Source: a virus (Duplodnaviria > Caudoviricetes). From it: a DNA stretch of 25,237 nt. The DNA lies in the IMG/VR virus record IMGVR_UViG_3300020469_000242, positions 1 through 25,237 of that record; one strand, written 5' to 3'. Shown one piece after another: positions 1 to 8,500 of the stretch. The notes beneath the pieces were generated by a model. That model was not told the DNA's origin. It worked only from the letters and a program-made list of their open reading frames with translations, and did no database searches. A program made the translations under genes and the position numbers. Positions within the stretch are counted from its first letter, which is position 1, and each line of letters begins with the position of its first letter.

Positions 1-1155
1 CATCAAGGAAAAAATTATACAATAGAAAGGCTAATGCCAACACCATATAATTTATCAGTTAATGCGGATATATGGACTACTAATACAGAACAAAAATTAC
101 AAATTCTAGAACAAATATTGATGCTTTTTAATCCTAGCTTAGAAATACAAACTACTGATAATTATATTGATTGGACTAGTTTAAGTGTAGTAAATTTAGA
201 AAATATCAATTTCAGTAGTAGATCTATAGGTTCAAGTACTGAAGATGAAATAGATATTGCAACTATAGGATTTTCTACCCCAATATATATCTCACCTCCA
301 TCGAAAGTAAAAAAATTAGGTGTTGTACATACAGTGATTACGAGCATTTTTAATGAACAACAAGGCAATGTAGATCTAAACGTAACTATGCCTGAACTAT
401 TAGCTTTTTCAGATTCAAATCGATTTGGTTCAGATGCTGTTGCTAGGACTATTATTGACGAGGATGGAAACAGTAAAATAGTTTATGATGACCTAAAAGG
501 ATCGAGTCCAGATGCAGATGCAAGTATTGTTACAACTTATAATAATTATGATTTATTAGTGTTAAATAATACTTTGAAATTGATAGATAACGATAACGCC
601 GGCACTATTACATGGGATGAGTATATTAAAGCATATCCAAATCTATTTCAATCTGGAATTTCACAAATAAGATTATTTAGGAATGACATAGGTAGTGAAG
701 TAATTGGTACTGTGTCTGTAAATCCATTAGATCCGTTTAGTATGGCAGTCAACTGGGATATAGATACATTACCTAGTGACACTATAATATCCGGGCCAAC
801 TGGAGATAAAACTAAGATCGATTATATCATTGATCCAAGTAAAACCAATCCTACAAATTTAAAACAAGTTGGTTTAAGATTATTACTATTGAATTCTACT
901 ATTGGATCATCTACTAATACAGATGGTGCTGATGCATGGAAGAATGCAAATGGTACTGACTTTGTTGCTGGTGTAAATGATATTGTTGAGTGGAGTGGCA
1001 CAGCGTGGAGTGTGGTGTTTGATGCAAGTCAATCTACAACAACTACATATACTACAAACTTAAATACAGGTATACAGTACAAATACGTTTCTAATGAATG
1101 GATTCTTAGTTACGAAGGCGAATATCCGCATGGAAGCTGGCGTATTAAATTTTAA
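1..1155 (+). CDS. T4 gp15-like tail sheath stabilizer/tail completion protein with long C-terminal extension (5'-truncated by the window edge)
   Basis: Frame is open from base 1 (HQGKNYTIERL-MPTPY), so the ATG at 34 is probably internal. 'PTPYNLSVNADIWTTNTEQKLQILEQILMLFNP' resembles the gp15 core (P.PYN.....I......QI.EQILP.F.P). Confidence 0.75.
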   Translation, partial: HQGKNYTIERLMPTPYNLSVNADIWTTNTEQKLQILEQILMLFNPSLEIQTTDNYIDWTSLSVVNLENINFSSRSIGSSTEDEIDIATIGFSTPIYISPPSKVKKLGVVHTVITSIFNEQQGNVDLNVTMPELLAFSDSNRFGSDAVARTIIDEDGNSKIVYDDLKGSSPDADASIVTTYNNYDLLVLNNTLKLIDNDNAGTITWDEYIKAYPNLFQSGISQIRLFRNDIGSEVIGTVSVNPLDPFSMAVNWDIDTLPSDTIISGPTGDKTKIDYIIDPSKTNPTNLKQVGLRLLLLNSTIGSSTNTDGADAWKNANGTDFVAGVNDIVEWSGTAWSVVFDASQSTTTTYTTNLNTGIQYKYVSNEWILSYEGEYPHGSWRIKF

Positions 1156-1177
1156 TTAAAACTATTCAAAATTTCTA

Positions 1178-1621
1178 ATGAAAGAAATAATATGCAGTGG
1201 TGCATTAATTTATGCTGTAAATACATGTAAATTTTTATTTGTTCATCGTACAAAAAGTAAAAACAAGAATCTTTGGGGATTGGTAGGAGGAACAAATTTA
1301 CGCCATGAAACTCCTTATACAGCTTTAACAAGAGAAATTACAGAAGAAGTTGGCGTAATAGAAATAAAAAAATCAGTTCCTTTAGAAACTTTTGTAAGTA
1401 ATGATCATCATTTTTTATTCCATACATACCTTTGTTTTGTAGATAAAGAATTTATTCCCAAACTAAATGATGAACACAACGGATATGCTTGGGTAACACT
1501 AGGATATTGGCCTAGACCTCTTCACATTGGGCTTCACAATACATTAAAAAGTAAAATTAATCAAGTAAAAATACAAACCGTAATAGAATGTATTTCTATC
1601 CTTGAGAAAGATAGTAAATGA
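1178..1621 (+). CDS. Nudix hydrolase
   Basis: Complete Nudix box GX5EX7REUXEEXGU: G-TNLRH-E-TPYTALT-REITEEVGV, preceded by WGLVG; later EHNGYAW element. Confidence 0.92.
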   Translation: MKEIICSGALIYAVNTCKFLFVHRTKSKNKNLWGLVGGTNLRHETPYTALTREITEEVGVIEIKKSVPLETFVSNDHHFLFHTYLCFVDKEFIPKLNDEHNGYAWVTLGYWPRPLHIGLHNTLKSKINQVKIQTVIECISILEKDSK

Positions 1622-1959
1622 AAAACGAAAACATAAAAAAAACAGATTGGGGATATGAACTACATTGGGCAAAGAATGAGAATTATTCGGCAAAAATTTT
1701 AGTTTTTGAACAAATTGACAGTAGCGATACTATGTGCTTCCATGTAAAGACTGATAAAACTTTTTTTATCAACAGTGGTAAATTTACATTACGTTATATT
1801 GATACTAATTCCGGTAATCAATTAGATAGAGAATTTAATGAAGGTGACACAGTAAATGTACCTCCACTAACACCTTATCAATGGATGTGTAATGTACCAA
1901 ATAGTAGCATTACAGAAGTAGCTAATCAAGCTAGCGATAACGATACATATAAAATATGA
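1618..1959 (+). CDS. Cupin-fold protein (sugar isomerase/epimerase-like) with degenerate metal site
   Basis: WGYE N-terminus, motif-1-like MCFHVKTDKTFFINSG and motif-2-like EGDTVNVPPLTPYQ. ATGA overlaps with both neighbours. Confidence 0.75.
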   Translation: MKNENIKKTDWGYELHWAKNENYSAKILVFEQIDSSDTMCFHVKTDKTFFINSGKFTLRYIDTNSGNQLDREFNEGDTVNVPPLTPYQWMCNVPNSSITEVANQASDNDTYKI

Positions 1960-2564
1960 ACGGGTTTAACATAAAATTTAGTGGTAAATCAGATAATATT
2001 ACCCAAAAAAATTGTGTAATTGGCTTAGATAGAGATGGCACACTAAACAAGTTACCAGAAGATTACGTTAAAAATGCTAATGAATGGATACCAATACCTG
2101 GAAGTTTAGAAGCTGTTGCAAAATTGCGGAATAGTGGGTATTCTATTGTGATATTAAGTAATCAAGGCGGCATTGAAAAAGGTATTATGACCATCGACGA
2201 TGTAGAAGCAGTGCACAAAAAAATGTTTTCCTTATTAGGCCAAGCTGGTTGTGCTAGTATTGATGCTTTATACTATAGTGCAAGTGACAAAAAAAACAAT
2301 ATGTTTGCAAAACCAAATCTTGGAATGTTCAAAAGATGTGAAAGAGAAAATCCTCATATAACGTTTAAAGGAGGATATTTTGTGGGGGATAGGTTGTGTG
2401 ACATGAAGGCGGCCTTTAAAGTAGGTGCTACTCCTGTTTTAGTTAGATCTGGTCATGGTTTAACCACTGAAAAACAAATTACTAAAACATTTAAAAAATT
2501 TCACCAATCACAAATTTTAATTTTTAATAATTTACAAGATTTTGCAGATGATATTTGTGATTAA
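1956..2564 (+). CDS. gmhB: HAD-IIIA phosphatase, D,D-heptose 1,7-bisphosphate phosphatase (GmhB/HisB-N)-like
   Basis: Motif I LDRDGTLN, motif II ILSNQGGI, motif III KPNLGMF, motif IV FVGDRLCDMKAA, then VRSGHG. Confidence 0.85.
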   Translation: MNGFNIKFSGKSDNITQKNCVIGLDRDGTLNKLPEDYVKNANEWIPIPGSLEAVAKLRNSGYSIVILSNQGGIEKGIMTIDDVEAVHKKMFSLLGQAGCASIDALYYSASDKKNNMFAKPNLGMFKRCERENPHITFKGGYFVGDRLCDMKAAFKVGATPVLVRSGHGLTTEKQITKTFKKFHQSQILIFNNLQDFADDICD

Positions 2565-5500
2565 ATTTCTTTCCAATTAAGTGTAATATTTGCTATTACT
2601 TCTTTTCTAGAAGTTTGGAATCGGTTTGATTCTAATTGTTTATTGGTATTAATTACTAATATATCAGGTCCATCTGGGTAAGTTCTGTTACTTCCTATAG
2701 GAGAATTGAATAATGGTTTACATCCTGATAAATCTAGGTGTAATTTTTCACCAGGTATAGTAGTGCCTTTGAAAATTGTTTCACCCCCTTTTGCATAAGT
2801 TGCAGTACCAGTTTCAAAAATAATTGAAGTATCTGCTGCAATATTTTGTATAGAATCTTGATTAAATGTAACCTCGTAAAATTCAATATTTTTTAATTTC
2901 AATAATTGAACATTTGTAATAATAGTACCTATGGGCCAGTTGCTATCTGTTTGTGAAATTTTATCTCCAATTTTCCTAGTACCGGTATCCCATGCTGTTT
3001 TTAAAAATAATAATTTATTAGTTCTTGTGCCAATATAATTGTCATATTCAAATTTAAAAGTTGTTGCAGGCGTAGAAGTATGATCTAGTAATTGTTTCGA
3101 CAATCCTCTATTATTGGCAGGATCTATACTTTCATAATGTAGATAGGTATTATCTGAATCTGAGGTGATATATTTTACATAGAATTCTGTAGTTGTGTTA
3201 GAAAAAGCATCTGGATTTTGACTGATAATTTTTGCACCTACCGGCACAGGGCCTAAGCTCCTTATCTGCGAACTTGCTATTGCAATAGGACTATTTTTAG
3301 TTGATTGTGCAGTGGTATAGACAAATCCTGCAGAACCGGCACCTGTTGTAAGTGTAGCTGCAGCAGTAACTACGGTAACTGTGCTTGCTGTAGTTAAGTT
3401 ATTCCTCCAATCAATATTTTGAGCAAATGCAATCTGAGAAACACTTTTTTGAGATCCTTCTGCTACACCATTAAGATTAGTCCAAGAAATTTTACTATCA
3501 ACTTCTGGATAGTTTGTTGGGTTAAGCATTCCTTCAATTACAATACTGCCTGGCAGATCAGGTACTGTTTCAAAATTTATGAAATCAGTTGTATCTGTTG
3601 TTAAAGTTATTTCCGTAGTTGCTGTGGCAGATGCTCCTAATCTGAACTCAGTGCTGTTAACTATTCTTTTCACATAATATACTGTACCATCAGCTTGTAT
3701 TCCGCCCATAGACGTTGCAGAAGGACTAACTCCTGAAAATTTAATTGGCATGTTTATAGATAAATTATGTGCCACTGAAGCAGTAATATTTCCGTTTGAA
3801 TTAGTTGCTGTAATTGTACCAGTAATTACTTCTGGGGTTGGATACAAATCTTTAACTTGTACTTCTATACTATCTAGCTTAATTTTATTATAATTTACTA
3901 AATTTCTTTCTCCTATATCACCAACTAAATTATTAGACAAACTTGGCGCAAGCCGTATCATAAAATTAGAATCCACTGAAGCATCTATTTGCTGAGTAGT
4001 GATATTATAGCAAAATTTGTTAGAATTAACTTCGTAATCTCCATCTACTTGATAATTGCTTGTCCAATGGTTTAGGATTGGATGTGCAGTCTGAGATACA
4101 AATCTCACACCAGTCTTAGCTGTATGGGCACTTGCTGTACTACCAGTATATGCTCGTAATGATCCTGCATGATAATATTTTAATTTTGCAGCTCTAACAC
4201 AATTACCTAAGGTATTAGTGGTAGTATTGTTAGACCTATATTCAATTAATTCATTATCTATTAGCAAAACTCCAGTTGAAGGGAAATCTGCAGAATTATT
4301 TACAACAACAGACGTTGCACTATTTGTTATAGCGGACGTTAATTTGGATCTTGGTCCTATATTTATTGACTCATATCTCACAGGCAAATTTGCAGTCCGC
4401 ATATATACTTGATTTTTAATGTTAGCATTCCTAGTTCTATGCACAGTTATATACGTACCGTCTACTCCTTGGATAAGATATTCAACTGATCCACCACCGT
4501 TCCAGCTGTATTGCACAGCTATCATTTGTATCTGAGAAATATCAACATTATAGCCACTAGGTCCTGTACCGTCAAGTTTATCAATATTGAAATTATTTTG
4601 TGTGACCCTATGATCAACAATTTTATAAATTTTTTCATCTACAAGATCGTTTATTCCTCTCCATTGTGGACTTACAGAAAATTCAGTATCACTGCTTACT
4701 GCAGACACAGTATGAGTCATTCCTTTTATTACTACAGAGTCTCCTGCACAAAGTTGATCTGTAAATTTAGTATTTGTGCCAGTCACTGTGCTGGTTTTTT
4801 TATTAATATTAACACTGCCTGTTAATGGATTTGTACTGCTCCGTAGGGTGGTCACTAATTTATCGCCATCATATTCCCAAAAAACACCATCTTGATCGGT
4901 ATAAATTCCAGTTCTTACAGATGCTCCATCCCATTTTACAACAGTAATTTTTGTTGTAGAATCAATAATTGGTGTAGTAGAACTTAGCGGTCGGATTGCC
5001 TTAATTGTAAAAGTTGTATCATCGATTATTTCAATAACTTTGTAATCAGATTCATTATCTACACCTGTATCTGGTCCACTATCATATCCTTCTGCAGATA
5101 TTCCAGATATTCTCACAGTGCATCCTTTTTGTAAACCGTGCATCCTGTTATCAACTGTTACTGTGATAATACTGTCTATTGATGTAGCTTCTGATGTGAT
5201 ATTCCTTACTGAATAGTTTGGAGCAAATAATACTGCTGTGTTGAAAAACATTGATTTACCTGGTTGATATTTGAAGTAATCTTTTGTTTGCCGTATTGCT
5301 TGTGCTCCGTATTCAGGTCCTCCTGTTGAAATTGCTACACTGCTTGATTGTGGTATATGTGAAAATGTTGAATTATTTTTAACAAATAATCTACCATTTA
5401 TAGGATCTCCAAAACTTTTTACTGGCACAATCTGTTGTACTTGATATTCGGTTAGATTTGCTCCAGTAACTTGAGAACTACCTCTTTTATATTTTATACC

Positions 5501-8500
5501 ATTAAGCGTATATTCATAATTATTGTTAATCACACCATTGTACACTGTGGTGTTTTGAAGTTGATTTACTAATAAAATAGTTTGTCCGTCCCATTTTATT
5601 TCTATTTGATTTGTAGTACTTCCTCCAAAATTTACCACACTTTCTTTATAAAAATCAGTTGTGTTATTATATCTTGTTGTTGTCTGATCTGGAAAAGTTA
5701 AAGATTCGTCTACAGTACCTGTGGTCCTTGCAAAATATTTGAAGGTTTTATCAGTAGGTACACTATGGATATTTGTAGTTAGCGTTGATAAATCATGTTT
5801 ATTAGAAGAAGTATGTGATTTTGAAAAATTTACTATGGAATTTCCTGGCACTAATCCATGAGGTGTTTCTGTAGTTCCAATAAATGATGTTAATTTATCA
5901 AAATTTATCGTGCTTGATGTAGGTAATTCTGTAATTAGAGATTGACTTGTGGTAAATGTGCTCAAGAAATTTAAAGTTGATCCTGTAGCTACTGCTGAAT
6001 AAGTTTGATGTAAAGCTGCTGTACTGTTAAGAACTATATCACCGCCAGCTGTTATAGATATAACACGGAGTATAAGATCATGAGTTGTACTAGACCCACC
6101 TAGATGTGCTCCATTAATCTTTATTTTATTTCCTACAGCATAATTTTGTCCACTTCTTTCAGCTATTGCACTATATGCTGTGGCTGTTCTTGTAATAGAA
6201 AATTTTGCCCCAGTACCGGTAATCGTGTCATTTATAGTTGCTACTGTATTATATGAAGTTATTGCAGTTATAGCAGTTCCGCTTTGTACGCTAACTCCTG
6301 TCAGCTGTCTTGAAGAATTTACACTGTTTACGGTTAAAAGTAAATCATTTGCTGGCGTACTACCCATTAAAGATGTGCCTAAAATTTTAATGGCTTGACC
6401 GACTGCAAAGTTTGATCCAGTATTTGTAACAATTGGATTTGTATATGATCCAGCGTTCATTGATACAGTAAATTTACTTCCTGTGCCTGTTAAATTATTT
6501 CCTGCTTTTCCAGTGACTGTTGTACCGTTTATACCAGATCCTAATGTAGAAAAAGTTAATATTGCACCTGTTGCATCAACTGTACTAACACTGATAGTAA
6601 GATTATTTGTGGTATTTTGTCCACCTAGATTAGATCCTTGAATAATTATAGTGTCTGCTACATTAAAATTATTTGTAGTAGTAAATGATACTGAATAAAC
6701 TCCTGCTATATTTTGAACAACAAAACTAGAAGCTGTACCTGAACCACTTGTAGTAAATGCAGGATTAGTAAAAGATACAGAACTATTTGGTGCTACGCCG
6801 GTACTTGTGATTGTTGTAATTGCACCCGAGCCATCTACTCCTGTCACTGTAATTACAAGATCATTTGTATAAGTAACTCCTCCTGTAAAAGAATTGCCAA
6901 CAATGACTAGTTTGTCATTTACTGTGTATCCGGATCCATTTTGATTTACAACTACATTAGTGTACACATTGTCTAAGTATGTCACGTCGAATGTTGCACT
7001 AGTACCACTTCCGCCATTTACTATGCCAGAGACTTCCGAAATAGTAGCACTACCATTAAAAGGAGTTCCGCTAGGAGTCGCTGCAGTGATTCCACCACTT
7101 CCATTAATTGTATCAATAATAATAAATAGATCGTTAGCAGGCGACAAACCTCCTATAGTGGTTCCTAAGATTTTTAATCTATCACCTATAGCATAATCCT
7201 GTCCAGCTGTAGATATCGTAATAGTATAACTAGTCCCGCTTGCTGCTACATTAAAAATTGCTCCAATTCCATTGTGTTGAACATTCGTGCCTTTTATATT
7301 TGTATATGTTACTTGATTTCCTGTCAGAGCTGTTGTTATAGGAGCAGACAAATTTACATCATTGCCGTCTATAGATTGAACAAATATAGCCTTACCATCA
7401 CCTCTATCTAGTGCAAGATCAGTAATTATTCCACTGGTGTCAGAAAATGTAAGTTTAGTGTTACCGATTGCTGCATCATTAGTTAAAACAGGATTAACAT
7501 AAATACCTCCTGATGAACCAGTTGTTTGTAAACTTGTTACTTGTCCAATAACAGTTTTGGGGGTAATAGTTGCGGACACTGAACTACCTGATGCTGTTGC
7601 ATTTTTTGACAGGGTGATGCTGTAATTAGGTCCAGTAGTGCCTATTATTTTCACTATTGAGTTTGATGCAATGCCTGTAGCACTCACTTGAGCTCCAACA
7701 CTGAAATTACTAGTGTCAGTTGTAGTTATGATTGCATTTCCAGACGTAGTGGTTATAGTGGCACTTAATTGATTTGTTGCATAATAAACATTAGCTGGTG
7801 CGCCAAGTGTTGGTGTAGTACCAGTGAATGGATAATGCCTATTTCCTATAGGTGTTATTAAACTACTGGTGCTAGTAGTTTCTGCTCCTACACTATCAAC
7901 CGCTATAGTCATATTTTCAAGGTTACCGCCTGTAAAAAAATCACTTTTTTTGACAATAGTCTGAGGCACAGCAATATTTAGATAACTGTACAACACTTGC
8001 TTTTTTACTTGATGTGATGTTGTTTCAAATGCACTTGCAGTCACAGTACCAAATAGATATCTATCATTTCCTAATTGATAAAATCCCTGTTGGAAAAAAG
8101 TGTCATCATTTGTATCAACAATAACAACGCCATTATATCTTATTTGCGTATTATAGACTGTCGGCGTGCCAGCTATAATTGTCCTATTCCATTGTGTTTG
8201 TCCATTCACATACAAAAACCCACTGTCTGAAACAACAGTAAAATCTGCGGAATAATTATTTGTGTTAGCAGCTTCAGTATCATTTCCTACTTTATTTTTC
8301 GCATAATATGTAAAACTTGTTGTAGAAGGAACACTGTTTATAATAAATGTTCCTTCTGCTGCTCCAGTGTTTGTAATTGTGTTTGTAAGATAATTTACAT
8401 TAACAGCATCACCTACTATTAGATTATGTGGTTTAAGGGTATTCACTGTAATAAGAGAACTGCCTATCTTATCTGAATTGATACTTACATCAGTAGTAAT

